DNA of 64,000 nt, taken from assembly GCF_006345805.1 (NCBI RefSeq), contig NC_043013.1, positions 35,340,001 through 35,404,000 on the forward strand, read 5' to 3'. The stretch is from Octopus sinensis (lineage: Eukaryota). Made by a program: the position numbers and the translations under genes. Under the pieces are notes generated by a model, which was not told the DNA's origin, searched no databases, and saw only the letters and a program-made list of their open reading frames with translations. Position 1 is the first letter of the stretch. Each line of letters opens with the position of its first letter. Positions 12,806 through 25,361 of this stretch are shown here, in pieces.

Positions 12806-12911
12806 ATTTCTTGTACGATGCACCGTTTCATCTGCTGTTAATGGTAAACTAACCTGATTAAATTAAATCAAGCCAATCTTCCATAGGCCCTCAGATTCTT
12901 CAGCAAGAAAT
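12806..12911 (-). ncRNA. Type I hammerhead ribozyme, copy 4
   Basis: Core and stems intact; the array boundary (12916) is 5 nt from its stem I 5' arm. Confidence 0.85.
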
Positions 12912-12912
12912 A

Positions 12913-12946
<34 letters not shown>

Positions 12947-13666
12947 CACACATATACATATATAATGGACTTCTTTCAGTTCCTGCCTCACAAATTCACT
13001 TTGGTTGGCCGCGGGTTATAGTAGAAGACATTTTCCCAAGATGCCATTCAGTGAGACTGAACTCAGAATCAGGTAGTTTGGAAACAAGACATGAATAATG
13101 AGGAATACGCAGCCATAACAGGGCTAAAACTGAATCCAATCAGATATAAAGGGTTTTCCAACCCACTCCCACTCATGCTTTCTCTTTCTTTCTCTCTCTC
13201 TCTCTCTTTCTCATTCCATCTATTTCAATTTTATTCATCCAGGTGTTTCACTGTTATGGATCATTTAGACCAGATGTGATTATTATTAAGCAAAAAACAT
13301 TAATTAGCCAAGAGTATTGTATAATCAAAAGCACAGTTGATTAGAGGTTAAGATGCTAGATAATTAACAACTAAGTTATTAATTGAAATATCATTGCATC
13401 TATTCATGAACAACAAATGTTCAGGTGTGCCTTAATGAAGTCACGAAGCATTGCTTGTTCTATTTGTTTACCTAACAGAAAGCAAATTTCATGTTGACTT
13501 TGTAGCATAATGTTATTGCTTCCCAACCATGTGCATAGGGGTTCAATCCCACTGTACAGCACTTTGGCTAAATATTTTCTTCTATAGTTCCAGCCAAAGT
13601 TTTGTGTGTGGAACTGGAAGACTGGAACTGGAGAAAACCAAATGCACACAAACACACACACACACA

Positions 13667-13697
<31 letters not shown>

Positions 13698-13789
13698 CAA
13701 CACACACACACACACACACATACACTCACACACACACATGTGTACAGATATGCATATATATGTTATATATGTATATGATGATGATGATG

Positions 13790-14070
13790 ATCATCATCAT
13801 CATCTAATGTCCATTTTCCATACTAGCATGGGTTGAATGATTTGACTGAGAACTGGTAAGCCAGGAGGCTGCACCAGGCACCAGTCTGATCTGACAGTGT
13901 TTCTACAGCTGGATACCCTTCCTAACACCAACCACTCCGAGAGTGTAGTAGGTACTTTTTACGTGCCACCACCAGGGGAGCCAATCAGACAGCACTGGCA
14001 TCAGCCACGTTCAGATGGTGCTTTTTATGTGCCACCAGCACAGGATCCACTCAGGGCAAGAGGGCTGGCA
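13790..14070 (-). mobile_element. RTE LINE 3' UTR fragment
   Basis: (CAT)n ctaatgtccattttccatactagcatgggttg...ctacagctggatacccttcctaacaccaaccactccgagagtgtagt. Confidence 0.8.
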
Positions 14071-14233
14071 TTGCTCAAGAACACAAAATGCATACCAGTC
14101 TGGGAATCGAACTCACAACATTACGATCATAAGCTTGATGCTCTAACCACTCGACACATATATACATATGTATTAGAAGAAATAAGGTACTCAGAAATCT
14201 GGATGGTTTTATATTTACAGATTTCTTAGTACC

Positions 14234-14614
14234 ATATTTCTTCTAATATGTAATACCTGTACATCACCTCCAAACCTTCTAATATACATATATATATAGG
14301 TGCAGGAGTGGCTGTGTGGTAAGAAGCTTGCTTCCCAATCACATGGTTCTGGGTTCAGTCACACTGCGTAGCACCTTTGGCAAGTGTCTTCTATTATAGC
14401 CTTGAGCTGAAAGAAGCCTGTTGAATATATATATATATAGCTCAAAGCTATAATAGAAGACACTTGCCCAAGGTGCTACGCAGTGTGACTGGACCCAGAA
14501 CCATGTGATTGGGTAGCAAGCTTCTTACTACACAGCCACTCCTGCACCTATATATATATATGTGTATTGGAAGGTTGGAGGTGATGTATAGGTATTATAT
14601 ATTAGAAGAAATAT
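14234..14614. repeat. Local inverted duplication (arms ~175 bp, 30-bp spacer) inside a SINE A copy
   Basis: 14234-14408 is the reverse complement of 14439-14614, including non-SINE flank; the SINE 3' half resumes at ~14615-14762. Confidence 0.9.
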
Positions 14615-15024
14615 TTACATCCCCGCAACTTAGCAGGTCAGCTAAAGAGACCAATAGAATAAGTACTAGGCTTACAAAGAATAAGTCCTGGGGTTGATTT
14701 GTTTGACTAAAGGTGGTGCTCCATCATGGTCACTGTCAAATGACTGAAACAAGTAAAAGAGTATATATATACATGTATATATATATAATATATACAATAT
14801 GTGTGCATGTGTTTCTGTGTACTCTTGTCTCGACATCTCATGATGATTGTACGCCATAAGTGTGATCTTGCTTGATTCCATGAAAATATGCCCACCAACC
14901 ATGGCAAAATGTTACCTTGCTTGAATACAGGTGAGGGTTAGTGACAGGAAAGGCCTCTGTCCATTGAAAATCTGTTCAAAGAAACTACACTGGAATTATG
15001 CAAGTATGGGAAAGCGGACGTTTA

Positions 15025-15162
15025 GAGGAAGAGAAGAAGGAGAAGGAGGAGGAGGAGGAGAAGAAGGAGGAGGAGGAAGAGGAGGAGGAGGAGGAAGAGG
15101 AGGAGGAGGAGAAGAAGAAGAAGAAGAAGAAGAAGAGAAGAAGAAGAAGAAGAAGAAGAAGG
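15025..15162. repeat. (GGA)n/(GAA)n polypurine tract
   Basis: Directly visible pure purine run. Confidence 0.95.
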
Positions 15163-15789
15163 CAACGACAATAACGGTGATGATGATGATGATGGGTCTG
15201 ATAATGGTGCTGGTGTTGTTAGTGGTGAGGATCATGATGATGATGATGGCAGCGGTGGTGGTGGTGGTGATGTTGGTGATGATGACGATGAGGACAATGA
15301 GGACGACGATAATGATGATGATGATGATGATGATGGTGATGAAACTAAAAACAAAGCCAACAAAATATAACAAAGCTTGATCATACCTATTCATGTCTGT
15401 AAAAAACAAAAAAAAAGGATGTACAACAATAATAAAAAAATATGTATTTATGTAAACTGATGTAGAAAAGTACTTTACATGCCACAAAATAAAAAAAAAA
15501 AATTGATATATTATGATCGAGTTTTAGTGGAAAGTAAAAGATGGCAATTAAATTCTATGAACAATAATTAAATTAGTAAATGAAATAAAATAGAATTAAG
15601 ATCAAACAGTCAGGTAGTAAAATTTGAAACTCACAATTATTAAAAATTACGCTTCCATGCATAGTAATAAAACCAAACGTCTGTTGGTGTAGAGAATAAT
15701 TCAAGTGAATTTACCCCGAAGGAACGGGAAGCAAAAGGTCCCTGATTATTAGAATAATATACATACATACATACATACAGACATACATA

Positions 15790-16037
15790 TTCTTTTACTT
15801 GTTTCACACATTTGCCTGCGACCGTGCTGGAGCATCGTCTTAAAGGGATTTTATAGTCAAAGAAATTGAGCCCCAGACTTATTCTTTGTGAGCCTAGCAC
15901 TTATTCCGTTGGTTTCTTTTGCTGAACTGATAAGTTACAGGGACATCAAAACATGAACAGCAGTTGCCATTGGGTGGGGTGGGCTAAGGGAGACATCCAT
16001 AAATACATCCATACATACAACTGTATGTGTATAAATG

Positions 16038-16086
<49 letters not shown>

Positions 16087-16230
16087 CATATGTATGTATA
16101 CACACGTCGGGTTTCTTTCTGTTTCCGTCTAACAAATCTACTCACGAGGAATTGGTTGGACCAAGGCTATAGTAGAAGACACTTGCCCAAGGTGCTACGC
16201 AGTGAGACTGAACCTACAAGCATGTGGTTA
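15790..16230 (-). mobile_element. SINE family A
   Basis: Reverse complement of the family A head and tail. Confidence 0.8.
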
Positions 16231-16390
16231 CAACACACCAACACACAGACACACAGACGCACATATATACATATATGTATGTATATGTATATGTGTCAGT
16301 GTTTGTTTTTGTGCTTCATTATAATAATAATAACAATAATAATAATAATAATAATAATAATATAAAATAATAATAATAATAATAATAATA

Positions 16391-16827
16391 AGAGAAATTA
16401 AGGCCAACAGACCAGATATAGTTGTCAGAGATCATGAAGAAAAAAATGCTTTCTAATTGATGTATCAATACCGGCAGATGACAACGGTCTAAAAGAAATG
16501 AAAGGAGAAACTCTCAAAATACAAAGACCTGGAAATAGAGGTAACCAGAATGTGGAATCTGAAAACAGAAACAATTCCTATCATAGTAGGTGCATTAGGC
16601 ATGATAAAAAAATATTCAGACAAATACATAACAAAAACACCAGCAGACTTACACAACACATATAACATACAGAAAATTGCACTACTAGGCCACTGCACAC
16701 ATCCTACGCAGAACACTTTCCATACAATAACCATAGAGCATCACAACAAATCACAGCACATACCCAAGGCACACAGAGCTGCGCTCGGTAGTGAAGTGTG
16801 AAAGCACGCTATAAAATAAAACTACTG

Positions 16828-16829
<2 letters not shown>
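16391..16829 (+). pseudogene. R4/Dong-like non-LTR retrotransposon 3' end (restriction-like endonuclease domain)
   Basis: REIKANRPDIVVRDHEEKKCFLIDVSIPADDN..KLSKYKDLEIEVTRMWNLKTETIPIIVGALGMI..IQKIALLG/TAHILRRTLSIQ* (2 frameshifts); PD..D...K REL motif; (TAA)n on both sides. Confidence 0.9.
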
Positions 16830-16865
<36 letters not shown>

Positions 16866-16879
16866 TATATATATATATA

Positions 16880-17070
16880 CAGTAATCCCTAGTCATATCA
16901 CAGTTGACCTATTGTGCACTCAGTGCATAGTGGATATGTTTCTGGCAAACAGATGTAAATTTATACCACTGACTCCTCAGAATATCAATAGGTATTTATA
17001 TTTTATATATTTTAACTATTTCTGTGGCAGGTTTTGGAACATAACACTTGCAGTAGTTTAGGGATTATTG
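16880..17070. mobile_element. pogo/Tigger-type MITE (191 bp)
   Basis: TA-flanked; TIR CAGTAATCCCT...AGGGATTATTG; same family as 29672-31130. Confidence 0.75.
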
Positions 17071-17148
17071 TATTTGAATACTATGCAAATATTCTCTTAA
17101 AATACTTTTCATTTAATTTTTTCAAAATTTTATTGTTTTCCCTGCTTA

Positions 17149-17184
17149 CAGTTGAAAAAGTCTCAATGACCGAAACCGGTACTG
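17149..17184 (+). ncRNA. Decayed or variant minimal hammerhead motif
   Basis: CAG TTGAAAA AGTC TCAAT GACC GAAA CCGG TA CTG: stems I, II and palindromic III present; core has two deviations from CUGANGA. Confidence 0.45.
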
Positions 17185-17289
17185 AAATGATTTTTATAAA
17201 ATTATTTTACCATTTTCTACCATCAGTTTTTATCCAAATATGCATATATATATATACATATATCTATCTATCTATCTATCTATCTATAG

Positions 17290-17398
<109 letters not shown>

Positions 17399-17456
17399 AT
17401 ATATGTATATATTTATATGTATGTATGTATGTATATTTATATATATATATATATAT

Positions 17457-17490
<34 letters not shown>

Positions 17491-17537
17491 ATACATATTT
17501 GTATATATGTAATATTTATTATGTATGTATGTATGTA

Positions 17538-17576
<39 letters not shown>

Positions 17577-18198
17577 TATATATACATACATATATACATA
17601 TGTATATACATATATATATACATATATACATATGTATATATATATATATATATGTATATACATATATATATACATATATATATGTATATATATTACACCA
17701 CATATATATAATATATATATACATATATATAGTTACAAATAAAATGAACGGTATAATGAATAAACACTCCAATCCATCAAAACAACTTTATAATCATTCC
17801 CAAATTATCTTAAATCAAATATAAATGTATATTAAAACAACAGGGCACCCAATGCTAAAACCCAACAGTATAAAATATAAACATACACATGAATAAAATG
17901 TTATAAAACCAAAAAGGGTATTGCGAGTGAAGTCGAATGAAGAGTTCTGTGCATAAGCGACTCCATGTGCATTTTCTTTGAAGGTATGGGAATATTCTTG
18001 GTTGATAGACCTAAAAACAGTTTATTCATTTTGCAGCCTATATGCAGTGCTCCAAAGAGTCAATGAGTATAGGAAGATAATTTTATAACTTCGTTAAACT
18101 AAAAAGCCATTTTGTTAAACCGAAGAATAAAAATAAAAATAGGACTGCAGTTGGAAGTGCTTAGGTAACACCGAGGCGAAAGGATTACAAATACACAT

Positions 18199-18244
<46 letters not shown>

Positions 18245-18420
18245 ATGTACATGCTAGGGATTTCTTTCAGTTTCTATCTATCAAATCTATTCATTGGCCC
18301 AAAGCTTTAGTACAAGTCGCTTGCCCAAATTGCCACATGGTGGAACCAAACCTGAAACCACTCCCCACACTGTCCGATAGCAAATTTTTAAAACTAACTA
18401 TCCTCTGTGTGTGTGGTGTG

Positions 18421-18452
<32 letters not shown>

Positions 18453-18506
18453 ACGCACACACACACATATATACCATATATATACTTATACATATATACA
18501 TATACA

Positions 18507-18553
<47 letters not shown>

Positions 18554-19199
18554 ATAATATATATGTATATATGTATATGTATGGGATCTACATCTAGCAT
18601 AATGGATGTCCACTTAGTGGTCATCCCTCTCATATGCATACACACACATATATATACATATATGCATATATATAATATATATATGTATATGTATGTATGT
18701 GTGTCTATATATATATATATTGATATATATATATATATAGACATATATATGTGTATGTATGTTTGTATGTATGTATGTATACAGACCACAGTGAACTTAA
18801 ATGGACATAATGATGATGATAACGAAAATACAAATATTTACGACATACTATATGCATGCACACACTCACATACTTGCAAACATGCATACATGCATAGGCA
18901 AAGAAAATACACAGAACTGAAGGGAAATATAGAAAATTTTCACATAGATAATACTGGCGCCAAATTTCCCATTTAATCTTCTCATATTGGCATTGATTTC
19001 AATTAGACTCCATGGTAAATGGCACCAGTAGGAGACATCTGTCATGGTTTAAAAAATAACCGGGACATATATTTTAAATAAATAAGCAGATGCATGAATT
19101 GCACAGACATATAAAAACTATCATAGATCAATGCAATATATATATATGTATATATATGCATTTACAAAATATAATATATAAAATATATGTATATATATT

Positions 19200-19231
<32 letters not shown>

Positions 19232-19256
19232 ATATCATATATATATATATATATTA

Positions 19257-19295
<39 letters not shown>

Positions 19296-20210
19296 ATATC
19301 ATATATATATATATTTATATATATATAGATAGATACAGATATAGATATAGATATGGATATATAATGTTCATACATGTATCTAACAATTATACATAGAAGA
19401 AAAGTTTTCTGAACAAACTTCAGTGGTTTCGTTTAGTTTCATGGCTCCAATATCATCAATTCCATTGATTATCACCACTGACGTCATAATCATTGCCTTG
19501 TCGTGCAAAATACATCACCGTCTCTAAAATTAGCGCTGCAAGAAATGCCCTTTTTGGTAACGACATTCTTACAACTTTCATTTGTACAACCCATATCACC
19601 AGCATCATCATCATCATCATCATCGTCACCAGCATTACATTCGTCACCTCTTTATGTAATCATAACAGATTCACCTAATGTCATCAGCGCCATCTCACGT
19701 TTTACCATAATCACCGAAACCATCATTATGTTTCTATATGGCACCTTGAGCAAGTGTCTTTTACTACAGATCCAGGCTAACCAAAGTCATAGGAGTGGAT
19801 TTCATCATCATCATCATCACCATCATCATCATTTAATATCTGTTTTCCATGCTGGCGTGCATTCGACTGTTTGACAGGAGTTGGCAAAGTTGGGGGCTGC
19901 ACCAAACTTCTGTGTCTGTTTTGGCATGGTTTTTATGGCTGGGATGCCTTTCCTAATGCCAATCACCCAACAAAGTAGACTGAGTAGTTTTTATGTGGTA
20001 CCAGCACACGCAAGGTCAGTGTACCAATGTATCTTTGTCTTTGCTACCACCATTTTGTGTTTGTCACCACCATTGCTTGAGGACTAGTGTTGGTTTGTTT
20101 ACATCCCCATAACTTAACAGTCTGACAAATAAGTGACCAGTAGAATACGTACCAGGCTTTAAAAATAAATAATGGAGTTAATTTCTTTAACTAAATCCTT
20201 CAAAATGCTG

Positions 20211-20455
20211 CTCCAACATGGCCCAGCATGACCCTAGCTTAGCCATGACATGGCTCCCCAGCATGGCTCCAGCATAGCCACAGCATGGCCCCAGCATGGC
20301 CCCAGCATGGTCCTAGCATGGCCCCAGCATGGCACCAACATGGCACCAACATGGCTCCAGCATGGCTCCAGCATGGTCCCAGCATAGCCCTAGCATAGTC
20401 CCAGCATGGTCCCTAACATGGCTCCAGCATGGCACCGGCATGACCCTAGCATGGT
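20211..20455. repeat. 11-bp minisatellite (CCAGCATGGCY, ~22 copies) inside a SINE A tail
   Basis: Amplification of the SINE motif gctccagcatggcc; the SINE resumes gcagtccaatgaatgtaacaagtaaag. Confidence 0.9.
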
Positions 20456-20521
20456 TGCAGTCCAATGAATGTAACAAGTAAAGGATAAAAGATAGAATAT
20501 AAATATGAACATCAACTGCAT

Positions 20522-20846
20522 TAGTCTGACGATAACTGGCATTCCGTCAGTTACGCTGATTGGGAGGTTCCAGTTGATCCGATCAATGAACAGCCTGCAC
20601 ACGAAATCAACGTGCAAGTGGCTGAGCACTTCACAGACATGTGTACCCTTAGCATAGTTCTGAGGGAGACTGTAATTTCTGAGGGAGAAATTACAGGTAC
20701 TATTCGTTTTTGCCAACTGACAAAAAAACTGAAGCAACATGAAATAAAGTGTCTTGCTCAAGAACACAATGCCATCATAAGGAATTGAACTCACAGCATT
20801 ACAATCATGAACCAAATCCTCTAACCGCTTAGCCATGTGACTTCAC
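20522..20846 (-). mobile_element. SINE family C
   Basis: Minus strand gtgaagtcacatggctaagcggttagagg..gtgagttcaattcc (B box)..gtgttcttgagcaagacactttatttc. Confidence 0.8.
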
Positions 20847-21239
20847 AGTATTACAATACCTTAATGACATTACAAGATTATGTTAGCTGTCACTCATTCT
20901 GATTAATTAACAAGAATTTGGGGGAGGAGCACAAAAATAAAAGAAGCACCTGTTTGATAACTTTGGTCATGACTACCATCATGATCTGGGCTGGTACCAA
21001 TGGGAATACCAACCACCAGTGAAAGCGCTGACTGGTATTACTATTGTTATGAGGGCAAAAATATACTGTCAACATCATCACCATCAACATCATCATCACT
21101 GTCAGCATCATCCTTTGCACTACCAATACCAACGCTACCACCACCATTCCCACCATCATCATCACCATCATAATAATCTTTATCATCATCGACCCTACCA
21201 TCACTTCCACCACCACCATCAACGTAAACATCACTCAAT

Positions 21240-22070
21240 ATCATCATCATTGTCAACATCACCATCACTGCCAACATCATCACCATCACTGCCAACATCA
21301 TCACCATCACTGCCAACATCATCACCATCAACATTACCACCACTGTCAACATCATCATCACTGTCAACATCATCATCACTGTCAACATCATCATCACTGT
21401 CAACAACATCATCACTGTCAACATCATCATCACTGTCAACATCATCATCACTGTCAACATCACCACCACTGTCAACATCATCATCACTGTCAACATCATC
21501 ATCACCATTAACAACATCATCACCATCAGCAACATCATCACCATCAACATCATCACTGCCAACAACATCATCACCATCAACTTCACCACCACTGTCAACA
21601 TCATCATCACTGTCAACATCATCATCACTGTCAACATCATCACTGCCAACAACATCATCACCATCAACATCACCACCACTGTCAACATCATCATCACTGT
21701 CAACATCATCATCACTGTCAACATCATCATCACCGTCAACAACATCATCACCGTCAACATCATCACTACCAACAACATCATCACCATCAACATCACCACC
21801 ACTGTCAACATCATCATCACTGTCAACATCATCATCCCTGTCAACATCATCATCACTGTCAACATCATCATCACCGTCAAATTCATCATCACTGTCAACA
21901 TCACCACCACTGTCAACATCATCATCACTGTCAACATCACCATCATTGCCAACATCATCATTGCTGCCAACATCACCACCACCGTCAACATCCTTGTCAC
22001 TGTCATCGTCATCACTGTCAACAACATCATCACCATCAACAACATCATCACCATCAACATCATCCTTTGC
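21240..22070. repeat. (CAT)-derived 18-bp minisatellite (ACTGTCAACATCATCATC) with higher-order repeats
   Basis: Directly visible; produces the stop-free 389, 355 and 299 aa ORFs. Confidence 0.9.
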
Positions 22071-22294
22071 ACTACCAACACCACTGCTACCACCACCACC
22101 ACCATCATCCCCATCTATTATCGACTGCATTACCCAAGCACAGCCTTGCAGTAGCCACCATTATTCCACTTGTTTCAATACTTACTGATATCCATTTATC
22201 TTTTCTCTGTCAAAATTATGCTCGTCCTACTTTTCCTTCTTTACTTAGTATCAAATATATGCGTGTCTATGTGTACATTCATGTCTCCATGTGC

Positions 22295-22325
<31 letters not shown>

Positions 22326-22726
22326 CCTTTGCAGAACGGTGGAATATGTATGAATTGCTTTTATTTTTATATTATTTTATTTTCTTTATTTTATTTTGTA
22401 TATTTAGTTTCAGTTTCATGTTTTCGATTTCGTCCTGACAATCTTTTACACACATGCACACACACACATGCACACACACACATGCACACACACACATGCA
22501 CACACATGTACACATGCACAAACACATATACACATACACACAAACACACATACACACACATATGAAGTGAAACATCTTCTGTAAAGTGCAGCAATGATAA
22601 TGAAAATGAAAGAGTATGCAAATGACTTCATATATGCATATCTATCTATCTATCTATCTAATCTATTTATCTACCTTTCTCTCTATCTGTCTTTACGTGT
22701 ATGTATATATATATATGTGTGTGTGC

Positions 22727-22786
<60 letters not shown>

Positions 22787-22793
22787 TATATAT

Positions 22794-22876
<83 letters not shown>

Positions 22877-22889
22877 CATATATACATAT

Positions 22890-22939
<50 letters not shown>

Positions 22940-23105
22940 TCATACACACACATATACCTACAATGTATGTATATATATATGAAAATATGTATGTAACTAT
23001 ACACATCTTATATCTGTATATCTATCTATCTATCTATATGTGTGTGTATGTATACACACATTCACAGTGGGAGAGAGAGGGAGATAAATAGATAGACAAA
23101 CAGAG

Positions 23106-23169
<64 letters not shown>

Positions 23170-23298
23170 GGATGGATAAACTCAGCCTAATACATCTAAT
23201 TGATTGTATTTCTCACAACCAGTCCCTTTAAATTATTACCATTATTATAACCATTTATTATTATTATTATTTTAATCATCACCAACGCTAATTATTAC

Positions 23299-23346
<48 letters not shown>

Positions 23347-23445
23347 CATCATCATAGTCAGTCTTACACTGTTTTCATTTATTTTCCGACTTGAGATGGA
23401 AGTTTATTTGTTTTCTTCCCCAAACCCAAGCCCTTTCTACAGCTA

Positions 23446-23477
<32 letters not shown>

Positions 23478-24507
23478 CACACACACACGCATACATACAC
23501 ACATTCCTACACATACACACCAAGCCAACCATTTCATCTTCCCATGAATTCTATAGGAGTCCAGATATAAGATTAGTCAAATCTTTTCTTTTGTGCTGTG
23601 ATCTTATAGCAATGCGTGCGCATTGTTTGGTTGGCATCATCCACTAGAGAAGATCATTTGTGAAGATCGGTAAAAAGAGACACAGAAGAAATTAAGAGTA
23701 ATAAATGGCAGTCAGTTTGCGGAATCTAAAAAGAGTAGAGAGACAAATCAAGGAGGCTTTAATTACCGAAATCAACCATGTGTGGATGTAGAAGAATTTC
23801 TCAGCAGATTTTTGGATATTTCTAATTTCAATGAGACAATGAGTGAACTGGAGCGAAGTTGCAACTACTGCACACACTCCCACACACTCACATACACTGC
23901 ATCTCCAACCCCTCTCCAACCTCCAACCCCTTCCACTCCTCCTCATCAACATCACCATCATCATCATCATCATCATCCTCCTCTGGTTTTGTTTGTTCTC
24001 TTGTCTGATTGTTGATTTAGATCATCATCAGCATTATCGACATAATCAATGTCATTGTTTTTCATAATCATCATCGTCGTCATCATCATCATCGTCGTCG
24101 TCATCATCATTATCATCATCATCATCATCATCATCCTCACATTTTTTTTCTTTTTCTAATTATTACCTTTGATGTTATTAATAATAATGAACAAGTAATG
24201 GAATCAGTTATTATTACTATTATTATTCTTACTATTATTATTATTATTATTATTATTAGTAGTAGTAGTAGTAGTAGTGGTGATGGGTGGTACTAGTGTG
24301 AGAGCTGCTCGTGGTGTAACTGTTTGTATTAAACCGCCCTCCACACACACACACATTTTTGTAACTTGTCACTGTAATGTCCCCTCATCTATCAACTTCG
24401 TAATAATATTAATGAAAAAAATTTTTCATTATTGTCTTCTTCTTCTTCTTCTTTCTTCTTCTTCTTCTTCTTCTTCTTCTTCTTCTTCTTCTTCTTCTTC
24501 TTCTCAT

Positions 24508-24965
24508 CAGCAGAATCGTTAGCAGGCAGGGCAAAATGCTCAGCAGAATTTATATCCATTTTTACATTCTGAGTTCAAATTCTGCTGAATTCAACTGTGC
24601 CTTTCATCTTTTTGGGGGCCAATAAAATAAGTACCAGTTTCGCACTGGGGTCGATGTAATCAACTAGCCTCCTTCCCCCAAATTTCAGGCCCTGTGCCTA
24701 TTGTAGAAAAGATTATTTATTATTTTTACTATTATTATTTATTTCTTTATTGACCACAGGGGGCTAGACATAGAGGAATCAAACAAGGACAGACAAAGGA
24801 ATTAAGTTGATCACATCGACCCCAGTGCGTAACTGGTACTTACTTAATCGTCCCCCAAAAGGATAAAAGGAAAAGTCGACCTTGGCAAAATTTGAGCTCA
24901 GAATGTAACGGCAGACAAAATGCCACTAAGTATTACGCCTGGCATACTAATGATTCTGCCTGCTT
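24508..24965. mobile_element. Two SINE family B copies (Nin/Deu-like domain), tail-to-tail
   Basis: gttctgagttcaaattc (B box), ctttcatccttt.ggggtcgataaattaagtaccag core; the two copies have different tails. Confidence 0.8.
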
Positions 24966-25328
24966 GATACCCTATTATCATCATCATCATTATTTTATGC
25001 TTGACTTTTGCTTTACATTTGTACAAGTTTGCTCTAAGTCTCACCCAGAGACATCAAGAAACAACAAGTTAGAAGTTAATGTTGGTGTTATGCCTAGGGT
25101 GCCATATATTTGGTTTTGTACATAGTGTTGTTCTAGAGAATGTTTAAGAAACCATAAGAAAACTATGTTTGTTTTAAAACTTGAGATCACATAGAAAGTA
25201 TAATGCGTAGGATATGAGCAGTTTTCATGAGCACTATCTTTTGAATTTCTGCCATTTTGGGGTTTCCTGGAATCTGAGCTAGGTAGGAATCAGCTCCTTT
25301 TGCTATCATTCCCAGTGCAACTGTGACA

Positions 25329-25361
<33 letters not shown>

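Larger units (their letters stand above)
11112..12916 (-). mobile_element. Tandem array (~3.7 x 487-491 bp) with one hammerhead ribozyme per unit; putative retrozyme
   Basis: Unit starts (taattaatc) at 11112, 11601, 12088, 12577; near-identical copies; about 15 CpG per unit; flanked by TA runs. Confidence 0.85.

Noticed and set aside
11112-12916. CRISPR-like or coding interpretation of the array; CTCF site at CCACCAGCGGCC
   Set aside because: No unique spacers, no ORF, eukaryotic context; the CTCF match is poor in the 3' half.
19479-19486. Perfect CRE site TGACGTCA
   Set aside because: About one occurrence is expected by chance in 64 kb; no promoter context.
21019-22188. 389-aa mucin-like ORF as a CDS
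   Set aside because: Open on both strands because of CAT-derived repeats; no signal peptide or splice evidence.
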